The notes below the pieces were generated by a model, which saw nothing but the letters and a program-made list of their open reading frames with translations, was not told where the DNA came from and did not search any database. Positions 46,591 to 56,918 of a DNA stretch of 64,000 nucleotides are shown piece after piece. A program made the translations under genes and the position numbers. Numbering within the stretch: position 1 is the stretch's first letter; every line of letters begins with the position of its first letter. Location of the stretch: IMG/VR virus record IMGVR_UViG_3300025789_000001. One strand, written 5' to 3'. The stretch comes from an uncultured virus (IMG/VR IMGVR_UViG_3300025789_000001). Its lineage: Duplodnaviria; Heunggongvirae; Uroviricota; Caudoviricetes.

Positions 46591-49119
46591 ATGTCAATTG
46601 AAAAAGCAATGTACGCAGCACCAGCGGGTTTACCCGATTTAGATGGTCCAGATGTTGAAATTGAGATTGTCGACCCAGAAGAAGTGGACCTTAAGATTGG
46701 GGACATAGAAATCCAAATGGGTGGCGATGACACAGAAGACTTTAATGCCAACTTAGCTGAGTACATTCCTGAATCCGTTTTATTACAAATTGGCAGTCAA
46801 CTCTTAGAAGACTTTCAAACTGACATTGATTCCCGTAGAGATTGGATCCAGACCTATGTCGATGGTCTAGAACTCCTAGGATTAAAAATTGAAGAACGCT
46901 CTGAGCCCTGGGAAGGGGCTTGCGGGGTCTATCACCCAGTATTAGCTGAAGCCGTAATTAAATTCCAATCAGAAACGATTATGGAAACTTTCCCAGCTGC
47001 TGGCCCAGTGAAGGGCGAAATCATAGGCAAAGAAACTCAAGACAAAAAAGATGCTTGTGAGCGTGTAGTTGATGATATGAACTACCAATTGACCGATGTC
47101 ATGCAAGAGTTCCGTCCAGAGCACGAAAGAATGCTTTGGGGCGTTGGTTTATCAGGTAACGGCTTTAAGAAAGTCTATGTAGACCCAGCTTTAGATCGCC
47201 AAGTATCGATGTATGTTCCTGCTGAAGACTTGGTTGTGCCTTATGGTTCAGCCAGTTTAGAAGCAGCAGAACGCATTACCCATGTGATGCGCAAAACTGA
47301 AAACGAACTACAACGCTTGATGTATGAGGGTTTTTACCGAGATATTAATCTTGGTTCGCCAGACAATGTGCTGGACGAGATTGAAAAGAAAATTGCGGAA
47401 AAACTGGGTTTTAGGGCAACCACAGATGACCGATTCAAAATCTTAGAAATGCACGTTCACCTTGATTTAGAAGGTTTTGAACATGAAGACAAGCACGGAA
47501 TGCCTACTGGCATCGCTTTGCCCTATGTTGTAACTATTGAAAAATCAAACGGAGCCATATTGGCTATTCGTAGAAACTGGGATCCAGATGATAAAACCTA
47601 CCAAAAGAGACAACACTTTGTACATTATGGCTATATTCCTGGCTTTGGTTTTTATCACTTTGGCCTTATCCATCTCATTGGCGCTTTCGCTAAATCGGGA
47701 ACTTCTATCCTCAGACAGTTGGTCGATGCAGGGTCATTATCGAATTTGCCTGGCGGCTTTAAGACCCGTGGGTTGCGAGTCAAGGGCGATGACACACCAA
47801 TAGCCCCAGGTGAGTTTAGGGACGTAGATGTCCCGTCTGGCACGATGAAAGATAACATCATGCCTTTGCCATACAAAGAGCCAAGCCAGACTCTCATGGC
47901 ATTACTCAATCAAATCGTAGAAGAAGGCCGTAGATTTGCTTCTAGTGGCGATTTAAAAGCTTCTGATATGTCTAGCCAGTCCCCAGTCGGTACGACTTTG
48001 GCTATTTTGGAACGCACTTTAAAAGTGATGTCGGCTATCCAAGCCCGTATTCACTTCTCCATGAAGCAAGAATTTAAGCTGTTAAAGAAAATTATTGCCG
48101 ATTACGCCCCAGAAGATTACTCTTACGAACCCTCTACAGGACACCAAGCAGCCCGCAGATCTGACTATGAGATGGTTAATATCATCCCTGTATCAGATCC
48201 AAACGCTGCAACAATGTCTCAAAAGGTAGTGCAGTATCAAGCGGCTTTGCAATTGTCGCAAACTGCACCCCAGTTGTATAACTTGCCTTATCTACACCGT
48301 CAAATGCTAGAAGTCATTGGCATTAAGAATCTGGAAAAGCTTGTTCCAATGCCAGAAGATATGACTCCTGTAGATCCTGTAACAGAGAATGTCAACGCTT
48401 TGAAACAAAAGCCGTTAAAGGCATTTATAGGTCAAGACCACCAAGCGCACATTCAAATCCACTTGGCCGCCATTAACGATCCAAAAATCAAACAAGTTAT
48501 TGGCCAAAACCCACAGGCTCCTTTGATTATGCAGACTTTGCAGGCTCATATTACTGAGCACGTTGGCATGGAGTATATGCGCCAAATGCAGCAAGCTATG
48601 GGCATTAATATCCCGTATCAGGACAATGACGATGATCAAGTTCATCTCACCCCAGATCAAGAAATGCAAATTGCTCGTCTGGCCGTACCAGCTGCTCAAA
48701 ATCTGTTGCAACAAAATCAAACAGCGGTTGCAGCGCAACAAGCCCAGCAGGCAGCGCAAGATCCAATTATTCAGATGCAGATGAAAGAATTGCAGCTTAA
48801 AGCGCAAGAAATTGACATTAAGCAGAAGAAAATTGCAATGGATGCCGCAGGCAAAGCAGACCAACTTGAAATTGAAAAGCTGCGTATTGCAGCCCAAAAA
48901 GAAATTGCTGGTATGCAAGTGGGCGCTAAGACTGCTTCTGATAAGGCCAATCTAGCTGCCAAACAAAAATTAGAAGGTATGAAATTAGGTCATCAAATTG
49001 GCAATGCCAAAGCGCAATTAAACCAGCAAAGACAGGGTCAAAAACTCCAAGTCACTGCGGATTTATATAAAACCGAGCAGCAATTAAAAAACAAATCACC
49101 AAAAAAGGAACCTAAATGA
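46591..49119 (+). CDS. Portal protein (P22-like, with Q-rich helical barrel)
   Basis: Follows TerL; PWEGACGVYHP, GFKKVY, FYHFGLIHLIG; long coiled-coil C-terminus. Confidence 0.88.
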   Translation: MSIEKAMYAAPAGLPDLDGPDVEIEIVDPEEVDLKIGDIEIQMGGDDTEDFNANLAEYIPESVLLQIGSQLLEDFQTDIDSRRDWIQTYVDGLELLGLKIEERSEPWEGACGVYHPVLAEAVIKFQSETIMETFPAAGPVKGEIIGKETQDKKDACERVVDDMNYQLTDVMQEFRPEHERMLWGVGLSGNGFKKVYVDPALDRQVSMYVPAEDLVVPYGSASLEAAERITHVMRKTENELQRLMYEGFYRDINLGSPDNVLDEIEKKIAEKLGFRATTDDRFKILEMHVHLDLEGFEHEDKHGMPTGIALPYVVTIEKSNGAILAIRRNWDPDDKTYQKRQHFVHYGYIPGFGFYHFGLIHLIGAFAKSGTSILRQLVDAGSLSNLPGGFKTRGLRVKGDDTPIAPGEFRDVDVPSGTMKDNIMPLPYKEPSQTLMALLNQIVEEGRRFASSGDLKASDMSSQSPVGTTLAILERTLKVMSAIQARIHFSMKQEFKLLKKIIADYAPEDYSYEPSTGHQAARRSDYEMVNIIPVSDPNAATMSQKVVQYQAALQLSQTAPQLYNLPYLHRQMLEVIGIKNLEKLVPMPEDMTPVDPVTENVNALKQKPLKAFIGQDHQAHIQIHLAAINDPKIKQVIGQNPQAPLIMQTLQAHITEHVGMEYMRQMQQAMGINIPYQDNDDDQVHLTPDQEMQIARLAVPAAQNLLQQNQTAVAAQQAQQAAQDPIIQMQMKELQLKAQEIDIKQKKIAMDAAGKADQLEIEKLRIAAQKEIAGMQVGAKTASDKANLAAKQKLEGMKLGHQIGNAKAQLNQQRQGQKLQVTADLYKTEQQLKNKSPKKEPK

Positions 49120-49310
49120 AAGAAAAAATACTTGACCATCTCCTCAAACAGGTAGATGCGAAGGTTAGGGGCTTGGAAGAGTCCCTTGGTACTGGAGTAG
49201 CCAAAGACTTCTCTGATTACCAAAAAACTTGCGGGCAGATTACAGGTCTTTTGTCCGTAAGGTTATACATCTCAGACCTTAAAAAGAACTTGGAGAATTT
49301 TGATGAGTGA
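49116..49310 (+). CDS. Hypothetical head-module protein
   Basis: G.AKDF.DY...CG.I.GL motif. Confidence 0.65.
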   Translation: MKEKILDHLLKQVDAKVRGLEESLGTGVAKDFSDYQKTCGQITGLLSVRLYISDLKKNLENFDE

Positions 49311-49713
49311 AATACTAATCGGCTCAAACCCCGATGATGTAACACAAGTAACAACCCTGCCTCAAACAGCAGAAGAAAAAGCAAAGCAATTACCACAACC
49401 ACAAGGCTATCGTATGCTTGTTGGTATTCCTGATGCAGAAACGACATATGCTAGTGGAATCGTTAAAGCCGATACTACTTTGCAGATGGAAGAAGTTCTT
49501 TCCACCGTTTTTTTTGTAATAAAAATGGGTCCAGATTGCTACCAAGACAAAAACCGTTTCCCAAACGGCCCTTGGTGTAAAGAAGGAGACTTTATTCTAG
49601 CCCGTCCAAACACTGGCACCAGACTAAAGATTCATGGACGTGAATTCCGTTTAATTAATGATGATTCTGTCGAGGCTGTAGTAGAAGATCCTCGTGGAAT
49701 TACTCGTGCATAA
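49300..49713 (+). CDS. GroES-like co-chaperonin
   Basis: PQPQGYRMLV, SGIV, MGPDCY, WCKEGDFI, FRLINDDSVEAVV. Confidence 0.8.
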   Translation: MMSEILIGSNPDDVTQVTTLPQTAEEKAKQLPQPQGYRMLVGIPDAETTYASGIVKADTTLQMEEVLSTVFFVIKMGPDCYQDKNRFPNGPWCKEGDFILARPNTGTRLKIHGREFRLINDDSVEAVVEDPRGITRA

Positions 49714-49723
49714 GGAGAACAAC

Positions 49724-50656
49724 ATGGCTGAATTTGAAAAACAAGACTTTTCTTTTTTAGAAGATGACGAAAAAACGCCTCAGGATGTAGAAATTGAAGT
49801 AATTGACGACACTCCAGAGGAAGATCGCATTAATGCTGCACCGCTTCCTAAGGAAATTGTTGAAGAGATTGACAATGATGACTTAGAATCATACTCAAAA
49901 GAGGCAAAACAACGCCTTTTGCAGATGAAAAAGCTAATTAACGATGAACGTAGAGCTAAAGAAGCTGCTTTGCGTGAAAACGAAGAAGCTATTCGGGTTG
50001 CCAATACAATTATCAATGAAAACAAGGCTTTAAAGGGCCGTTTATCCAATGGCGAAAAGGTTTATGTATCAACCGCCAAGGAAAAATTGGCATCTGATCT
50101 AGAACAAGCAAGACGGGCATACAAAGAAGCTTATGATTCTGGCGATGCAGACCGTTTAGTGGAAGCTCAAGAGCGATTGACTGAAGTTAAGTTCAAAGCT
50201 CAAGAGATGGATCGATATGTCCCACAATACGAAGAAAATGATTTACAATCATCACAAGAGGTCCAAACACCTCAGACCCAACCAACACGCCTGGACTCAA
50301 AAACCCAAGCATGGCTTGATAAAAACAAGTGGTATGGTCAAGATGAAGACATGAGTTTTCTTGCTATGGGCATCCATAAGCGGCTAGAAAGAGACGGAGT
50401 CCCGACAGGCTCTGACCACTACTGGAACACTATTGATGCAGAGATGAGAAAACGATTCCCAGAGAAATTTGGGGAGGTAGAAGCCAAACCTTCTACTACA
50501 ACTCGCAAAAGCACGGTGGTTGCACCAGCGACACGTTCAACATCCTCCAAAAAGATCACACTGAACACACGTCAAATGGAACTGGCTAAAAAATTCAAAA
50601 TTACGCCAGAGCAATATTACAACGAATTAGTTAAAACGGAGTCCCAAAATGGCTGA
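49724..50656 (+). CDS. Capsid scaffolding protein
   Basis: SD AAGGAG; acidic N-terminus, coiled coil, W...N.WYG; upstream of MCP. Confidence 0.7.
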   Translation: MAEFEKQDFSFLEDDEKTPQDVEIEVIDDTPEEDRINAAPLPKEIVEEIDNDDLESYSKEAKQRLLQMKKLINDERRAKEAALRENEEAIRVANTIINENKALKGRLSNGEKVYVSTAKEKLASDLEQARRAYKEAYDSGDADRLVEAQERLTEVKFKAQEMDRYVPQYEENDLQSSQEVQTPQTQPTRLDSKTQAWLDKNKWYGQDEDMSFLAMGIHKRLERDGVPTGSDHYWNTIDAEMRKRFPEKFGEVEAKPSTTTRKSTVVAPATRSTSSKKITLNTRQMELAKKFKITPEQYYNELVKTESQNG

Positions 50657-51101
50657 AAACAATCGTACCCCCCGTGAAGTAGCAACAAGACAACAGGCAG
50701 AACGCCCAAAAGCATGGTCTTTGCCCGAATTGTTACCTGAACCAGACAAGCAAGCAGGTTTTTCTTATCGATGGGTTAGGGTTTCGATGCTAAACAACGC
50801 TGACCCCCGTAATCTTTCATCAAAATTGAGAGAAGGCTGGGAACCAGTCAGAGCTGAAGAGCAACCGAAATATGGAATGTTAACCGATCCAGATAGTCGC
50901 TATAAGGACAATATCGAGATTGGTGGTTTATTACTCTGCAAGATTCCTGAGGAATTTGTGAAAGCAAGGATGGATTATGAGGCCAACCAAACCCAATCAA
51001 ATGCAGAGGCAGTAGATAATAGTTTTATGAGACAAAGTGACACTCGGATGCCTCTCTTCCAAGAGAGAAAATCTACAGTTAGCTTTGGAAAAGGTTCTTA
51101 A
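50649..51101 (+). CDS. Conserved head-module protein
   Basis: YRWVR...KLREGWEPV...IGGLLLCKIPEE. Confidence 0.7.
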   Translation: MAENNRTPREVATRQQAERPKAWSLPELLPEPDKQAGFSYRWVRVSMLNNADPRNLSSKLREGWEPVRAEEQPKYGMLTDPDSRYKDNIEIGGLLLCKIPEEFVKARMDYEANQTQSNAEAVDNSFMRQSDTRMPLFQERKSTVSFGKGS

Positions 51102-51120
51102 TTAATTTAGGAGATTTAAT

Positions 51121-51990
51121 ATGGCTTATCCTACAGTTTCGGCCCCTTACGGCCTAAAGCCAGTTAACCTGATCGGTGGTCGTGTATTTGCGGGTTCTAC
51201 CCGTATGTTCCCTATCGTGAATGGTTACAGTACTAGCTTGTTCAACGGTGACGTTGTAGCAATCGGTACTGGTGCAAACATTGGTAACTTAGTATCTTCA
51301 ACATTGGCATACAATGGCTCTTCAGCTGTTGCTGGAACAATCGGTGTATTTGTTGGTGCCGAGTATTCTACAACTGGTGGCCCAATCTACGGTAAAAACC
51401 GCTATCAATTCTGGCAAGCAAGCACTACTGCTCCAGATGCAATCGGTTATGTAGTAGATGATCCTCAAGCTGTGTTCCAAACAGTTGTATTGGCTAACCC
51501 AGCTGGTACAGGCGGTTCAACAACAATTCAGTACATTAACCCAGCTTTCGTTGGTTCTAATGCTTACTATATTGGTGCTGCTGCTGGTAACACTGGTTCT
51601 ACAACTACTGGTGATTCCGCTGCTGGTATTGCAGTTTCTGCATCAGCAACTGTTTCAACACCTATTACAACTTCAGCACCATTCCGTATTGTTGGTTTAG
51701 TTCCTGCTTCAGCTGTTACTGTGACCCAAAATGCTACATCTTCTAGCACAACGATCACTTTATCTGCTGCTAACACCGCTATCCAGCCTGGAATGGCAGT
51801 ATCTGGCCCTGGCATTACCCAAGGTTCAAATACTTATGTAACCGCTGTATCAGGTACTACTGTAACTATCAACAATGCTGTAACAACAGCACAGTCGACA
51901 GCTGCACAGTTTTCTTTCACTGGCTACCCAGAAGCATTAGTAACATGGAACTTCGGTTACCATAGCTACTTCAATGCCACTGGTGTTTAA
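51121..51990 (+). CDS. Capsid-associated (decoration/cement-like) protein
   Basis: MAYPTVSAPYGLKPVNLIGG...GVFVG...VVDDP; immediately before MCP. Confidence 0.65.
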   Translation: MAYPTVSAPYGLKPVNLIGGRVFAGSTRMFPIVNGYSTSLFNGDVVAIGTGANIGNLVSSTLAYNGSSAVAGTIGVFVGAEYSTTGGPIYGKNRYQFWQASTTAPDAIGYVVDDPQAVFQTVVLANPAGTGGSTTIQYINPAFVGSNAYYIGAAAGNTGSTTTGDSAAGIAVSASATVSTPITTSAPFRIVGLVPASAVTVTQNATSSSTTITLSAANTAIQPGMAVSGPGITQGSNTYVTAVSGTTVTINNAVTTAQSTAAQFSFTGYPEALVTWNFGYHSYFNATGV

Positions 51991-52005
51991 TTAAGGAGCA
52001 TTTAA

Positions 52006-52908
52006 ATGGCTATTTCTCGTGCACAACTACTAAAAGAGTTGCTTCCTGGATTAAACGCATTGTTTGGTCTTGAGTATGCTCGTTATGGTGAAGAACACAA
52101 AGAGATCTATGAAATCGAGACCTCTGAGCGTTCTTTTGAAGAAGAAACAAAACTGTCAGGCTTCTCAGCTGCTCCAGTCAAAAACGAAGGCCAAGCCATC
52201 GCTTATGACAACGGACAAGAAGCTTGGACAGCTCGTTACAACCACGAAACTATCGCTTTGGGCTTCAGCTTGACTGAAGAGGCAATCGAAGATAACTTGT
52301 ATGACTCGTTATCTGGTCGCTATACCAAGGCTTTGGCTCGTGCTATGGCTTACACCAAGCAAGTTAAAGGTGCTGCTGTATTGAATAACGGCTTTAATAG
52401 CTCTTTCACCTATGGTGATGGACAGCCTTTGTTCTCAACAGCTCATCCATTGATTTCTGGTGGAACCAACGCAAACACCCCATCTACTCCTGCTGACTTG
52501 AACGAAACCGCATTGGAAAATGCTGTTATTCAAATCGCTGCTTGGACTGATGAGCGTGGTCTGTTGATCGCTGCAAAACCTAAGAAATTGATTGTTCCAC
52601 CTGCACTCCAGTTCGTTGCTACTCGTTTGTTAGAGACAGAACTCCGTGTTGGTACAAACAACAATGACATCAACGCAATTAAGAACAACGGTTCTGTTCC
52701 AGAAGGTTACACAATTAACCACTTCTTGACCGCAACCAACGCATGGTTCTTGACCACTGATGTTCCAAACGGTTTGAAGATGTTTGTTCGTACCCCATTG
52801 CAAAACAGCATGGACGGTGACTTCGATACTGGTAACGTGAGATACAAATCTCGTGAGCGTTACAGCTTCGGTGTTTCTGACCCATTGGGCGTATACGGTT
52901 CATACTAA
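52006..52908 (+). CDS. Major capsid protein (Mu gpT-like, HK97 fold)
   Basis: MAISRAQLLKELLPGLNALFGLEY...DFDTGNVRYKSRERYSFG. Confidence 0.92.
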   Translation: MAISRAQLLKELLPGLNALFGLEYARYGEEHKEIYEIETSERSFEEETKLSGFSAAPVKNEGQAIAYDNGQEAWTARYNHETIALGFSLTEEAIEDNLYDSLSGRYTKALARAMAYTKQVKGAAVLNNGFNSSFTYGDGQPLFSTAHPLISGGTNANTPSTPADLNETALENAVIQIAAWTDERGLLIAAKPKKLIVPPALQFVATRLLETELRVGTNNNDINAIKNNGSVPEGYTINHFLTATNAWFLTTDVPNGLKMFVRTPLQNSMDGDFDTGNVRYKSRERYSFGVSDPLGVYGSY

Positions 52909-52930
52909 AATACTCTCGTGAGGAGTTTTG

Positions 52931-52959
52931 GCCCCGCCTTAAAAAAGCGGGGTTTTTTT
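52931..52959 (+). terminator. Intrinsic terminator after MCP
   Basis: GCCCCGC/GCGGGGT stem followed by a T run. Confidence 0.85.
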
Positions 52960-53006
52960 ATTTAAAAGCGTTGTTAATATTTAAAAATGTAGTAAAATCA
53001 TCATAT

Positions 53007-53081
53007 CTGGGTATTTCGCTTATGCCACCACTGCCCCAGCAGACGATGCAAAGATCGGCATAAGTACTTTTGCATAAGGAG
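53007..53081 (+). ncRNA. Structured, pseudoknotted RNA element downstream of MCP (possibly the Mu-gpT-DE motif)
   Basis: CTGGG/CCCAG, GCTTATGCC/GGCATAAGT and ATGCAAA/TTTGCAT interleaved pairings ending at the SD. Confidence 0.55.
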
Positions 53082-53087
53082 TCCATT

Positions 53088-53801
53088 ATGGGACGTAGTA
53101 CATTTGAAGGTCCAATTCTCTCTGGTGATAACCGTTTCGGTCCAGTTCGTGACGTTGGTTACGCAGATTTAATTCAATCAGCTTTACTAGATTTTTCAGT
53201 AACAACAGCTAATACTGCTAACTACGGTGGCGGTTCTAGAGTTTTTGTTGCTTCAAACAATATTCCTAATAGTGCTGCAACTATCTACACGCCACAAAAT
53301 GGTGTTTATAGCACTAACGGACCTACAGCTGCTACAGCTCCAACAGCTGATGCAACAACTACCGTGTACCGTGGCGTAGTATTTTATTTGCCATACGGTT
53401 CTAATATTACTGACGTTATTCTTGATATTGGCACAATTCCAAAAGATACTGCTGGTACTCCTTTGGCAGTAACAGCTATTCAACCATACGTTTCTAACAA
53501 CTTTGCAACTTCTACTGGTGTTTATGGCACATTTGCTAACATCTCTAGTCCAGCTACACAGCGTTACACAGCAACTTATGTTGGTACACAATTGCCAAAT
53601 GCAAGCTCTACATTACAAGATTTCCAAAATTTACAACCTGGTACACAACCTACATGGTTCTCACAAGTGGTTGTAACTTTGGCAATGACTACATCAACTG
53701 CTGGTTTATCTTCTGGTCAGATTGAAGTATCGTTACGTTATAACCAGCTTGATCTGAACATTGGTAACAGTACAACTTATCCATATGGTAACTTTGATTA
53801 A
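53088..53801 (+). CDS. Virion structural protein (head-associated)
   Basis: SD AAGGAG; MGRSTFEGPILSG N-terminus; T/S/A-rich. Confidence 0.65.
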   Translation: MGRSTFEGPILSGDNRFGPVRDVGYADLIQSALLDFSVTTANTANYGGGSRVFVASNNIPNSAATIYTPQNGVYSTNGPTAATAPTADATTTVYRGVVFYLPYGSNITDVILDIGTIPKDTAGTPLAVTAIQPYVSNNFATSTGVYGTFANISSPATQRYTATYVGTQLPNASSTLQDFQNLQPGTQPTWFSQVVVTLAMTTSTAGLSSGQIEVSLRYNQLDLNIGNSTTYPYGNFD

Positions 53802-53811
53802 TAGTCTGATT

Positions 53812-53833
53812 GGGGTCTTCGGACCCCTTTTTT
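53812..53833 (+). terminator. Intrinsic terminator
   Basis: GGGGTC-TTCG-GACCCC-TTTTTT. Confidence 0.9.
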
Positions 53834-53853
53834 AAAAAATCTAAGGAGCTAAT

Positions 53854-56421
53854 ATGGCGTGGGACTTACTAAATTTCTTTGCACCCCTAAATCAACAGGG
53901 TGGCAATGCACAAACTGGTGCTATGGGAACTCAAACTGCGAGTACCCCTTGGACTGGTATTGATGGTGCAGCTCAATTTGTAGCACCGCAACGTCTGCGT
54001 GACGTTGTAGGTAAGCTCAAAGTTTCACAATCGCAAAACATTTATGATGCCGACTTTGAGTATGGTGTTCAGCCTTTGCGTTGGGAACAATTCATTAATA
54101 ACGTCTCTGGACAAGCCTATATTGTTCAAAACCCAGGTTTAGGTGGCGTTTCAATGAACATTGGTGGAGGCAACACTCCAGGTGACATTACTATTCGTCA
54201 ATCACGCCCATATCACCGTTATCAGCCAGGTAAAACCATGTACATGGCTTCTAACGTCAACTTTGGTGCCTCTGTATCTGGTCAGACCCAGCGTGTTGGT
54301 ATTTTTGATGATTCCAATGGAATTTTCTTTATGCAAACTGGTCCGTCTGGTGGATCATTAAACCCTTATGCAATGAACGTAGTTATTCGTTCTGATGCTG
54401 GTGGATTGCCAACAGATCAAGTTATTCCAATGGATCAATGGAATGGTAATAAAAATATTATCAATGCAATTGACTGGACTAAAGTTCAGATGATTTGGAT
54501 GGAATACGCTTGGTATGGTGCTGGTGCACTTCGTTGGGGTGTAACAATCAATGGCGAGCCTTGGGTTCTGCATCAAATCGGTATAGCTAACGCTGTAGTT
54601 AATGGCGTTAAACAAGTTCAACCTTGGAGCCGTACTGGTAACTTGCCTGTTCGTTATGAACAGCGTGATAACGGCAGTTCTGCTGCATCTTTAATGACAC
54701 ACTATGGTGTTTCAGTATTGATTGAAGGTGGTATTGATAAACAACGTGGATTTACCTATTCATATGGTAATGATGCTAAAACTCAAAACCGTACTGTTCC
54801 TGCATCCGCAGTTCGTTATCCAGCTTTATCATTCCGCATGAGAGCTGTTGGTACAGATATTTTTGATCAAACTAACGCAGCAGCAACTGGCGGTAGCCCA
54901 ACTACTTTGTCTATTAGTGCAGCAACTCCAGCTATTAGTTCTGTTGTTGGTCAGCCTAATGGCGGTCAATCTTTGGTTACTTTTGCTTCAGCACACGGTT
55001 ATACAGTAACTAACCCAGCTAATGCAAACAGTGCTGCTCAATACATCACTTTAAGTTCATTTACTGAAACAGCTACTATTGCTTCTGGTAACTATGCGTT
55101 TTCTGGCACTACAAGCCCTATCGTAACTGTTACTACAGCAGTTGCTACTGGTGCATTGCAACCTGGCATGACATTATCTGGCACAGGTATTGTTGGTACA
55201 CCTACAATTGTTGCTCAGTTAACTGCTACCAGTTCAGCTGTTGGATCACAAGCTTACGCAAGTGGAGGTGCTGCTGGTTCTAGCGTTGTTGTATTAGCAG
55301 CTGGAACATCATTTGCAGTGGGCCAGTTAATTGCTGGTACAGGTATTGCTCCAAGTACTTATATTCAAGCTGTTAACGGTGCAACAATTACTGTAACTAA
55401 AGCATTTACAGCCCAAGTATCTGGCACTGTAACTTCTTATGCACCTGGTGGTCTTGGTACTTACTCTATAAGTGCTGCCCAATCTGGTGTAACAGGTACA
55501 TTAACAGCTACCACTACTTACGCTGCTCAAACATGGCTCATCCAGTCCGTTCCATCAACAACGACTATGGTTTTGCCAATCCAGTTAGTTAACGGAGCAA
55601 CATTGACTTCTACTCCAACAGCAACATATTGGGGTGCAAATCAATGGGTTGGTAAGTCTGTTTACTACTTGGCTAGTTTGCCAGCTATCAGTACTATCTC
55701 AAACCCAGCATTGACTACAGTTGCAGGTGTCAATAACTACTCATCTACTATTACATTTGCCTCAGTGCATAATTTAAAAACAGGTGATGTAATCGTTATT
55801 AGTGGCTCTACACCAGCGTATATGAACGGTCAGTACTCTGTTACTGTAACTTCAACTACAGCTGTGTCAGTAAGCTGGGGTTATTTTGCTTCTGCTCCTG
55901 CAAACTATACATCTGGAGCTAGTGCAGTAAGTCCTTATACAGGTCGTATTACATCCAATACAACCAGCACAATTACATTCCAAGATGTAGTTACTGGTTT
56001 GCCATTGGCTAATGGTCCTGCATCTGGAAACAGCTATCAGATTGGTTTGATTGATCGTGGTCAATTATTGCCAGCTACATTGCTATTGAACTCTTCTGCT
56101 ACTTGTTTGGTTGAGTTGATTTCTAGTACTCCTACTAACCAGCTGTCTTTAAGTCAAGCTAACTTTGTTCCATTAAGTACTTTGGGTTCATACAACTCAT
56201 TTGCTGAACAAGATTTGTCTGCTACGACATTGGCTGGTGGTGAGGTTGTATATGCGTTCTCTACTCCTCCTAACGGCTTGCAACAGCTTGATTTGAGTAA
56301 CTTCTTCCCTGTATTGACAAACATTAAAGGTAACGTAGCTGACATTTTGACAGTTGCTGTGACTTCTTCTGCTGGTGCTACAGTCCAGGTAAACGTAGTT
56401 GCTCAGGAAGCGATGGCTTAA
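53854..56421 (+). CDS. Large virion structural protein (lectin-like N-domain with inserted beta-modules)
   Basis: RQSRPYHRYQPGK, QRVGIFDD.NGIFF, WYGAG.LRWG, NLPVRYE; T/S/A-rich middle. Confidence 0.65.
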   Translation: MAWDLLNFFAPLNQQGGNAQTGAMGTQTASTPWTGIDGAAQFVAPQRLRDVVGKLKVSQSQNIYDADFEYGVQPLRWEQFINNVSGQAYIVQNPGLGGVSMNIGGGNTPGDITIRQSRPYHRYQPGKTMYMASNVNFGASVSGQTQRVGIFDDSNGIFFMQTGPSGGSLNPYAMNVVIRSDAGGLPTDQVIPMDQWNGNKNIINAIDWTKVQMIWMEYAWYGAGALRWGVTINGEPWVLHQIGIANAVVNGVKQVQPWSRTGNLPVRYEQRDNGSSAASLMTHYGVSVLIEGGIDKQRGFTYSYGNDAKTQNRTVPASAVRYPALSFRMRAVGTDIFDQTNAAATGGSPTTLSISAATPAISSVVGQPNGGQSLVTFASAHGYTVTNPANANSAAQYITLSSFTETATIASGNYAFSGTTSPIVTVTTAVATGALQPGMTLSGTGIVGTPTIVAQLTATSSAVGSQAYASGGAAGSSVVVLAAGTSFAVGQLIAGTGIAPSTYIQAVNGATITVTKAFTAQVSGTVTSYAPGGLGTYSISAAQSGVTGTLTATTTYAAQTWLIQSVPSTTTMVLPIQLVNGATLTSTPTATYWGANQWVGKSVYYLASLPAISTISNPALTTVAGVNNYSSTITFASVHNLKTGDVIVISGSTPAYMNGQYSVTVTSTTAVSVSWGYFASAPANYTSGASAVSPYTGRITSNTTSTITFQDVVTGLPLANGPASGNSYQIGLIDRGQLLPATLLLNSSATCLVELISSTPTNQLSLSQANFVPLSTLGSYNSFAEQDLSATTLAGGEVVYAFSTPPNGLQQLDLSNFFPVLTNIKGNVADILTVAVTSSAGATVQVNVVAQEAMA

Positions 56422-56422
56422 T

Positions 56423-56668
56423 ATGAAAACTCCTGCTTGGCAACGCAAAGAGGGCAAAAACCCTAAGGGCGGTTTAAATACCAAGGGGAGAGCTTCTTAT
56501 AACAAGGAACATGGTGCTCATTTAAAAGCACCACAACCTGAAGGTGGTAGCCGTAAAAAATCTTTCTGTGCTCGCATGGAAGGCATGAAAAAGAGATTGA
56601 CCAGTGCGGAAATTGCTAATGATCCAAACAGCCGTATTAACAAATCATTACGCAAATGGAAATGCTAA
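56423..56668 (+). CDS. Small basic protein (DUF6321-like)
   Basis: PAWQRKEGKNPKGGLN.KGR...RKKSFCARM...SLRKWKC. Confidence 0.7.
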   Translation: MKTPAWQRKEGKNPKGGLNTKGRASYNKEHGAHLKAPQPEGGSRKKSFCARMEGMKKRLTSAEIANDPNSRINKSLRKWKC

Positions 56669-56669
56669 A

Positions 56670-56918
56670 ATGAGCGAGATTGACCCAATTAAAACTGCTA
56701 GAGAACTAGCTACTCATGCAAATGATATACAGCATCTTCAGGCAGATATGGATAAACTGGTTAAAGACATGGAAGAAGTTAAGCAGTCTTTAGCAGACAT
56801 TCAAAAGATGCTTGGAGAACAGGCCTCAGCCAAAAAAACTTTACACAATGTTTTAACTCTAGGCGCTGGTTTAGCAGGTGGTATCATAGTATGGATTCTT
56901 GATAGGTGGTTTAAATAA
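56670..56918 (+). CDS. Coiled-coil protein with C-terminal TM helix
   Basis: RELATH..DIQHLQ.DMD; hydrophobic C-terminus. Confidence 0.6.
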   Translation: MSEIDPIKTARELATHANDIQHLQADMDKLVKDMEEVKQSLADIQKMLGEQASAKKTLHNVLTLGAGLAGGIIVWILDRWFK

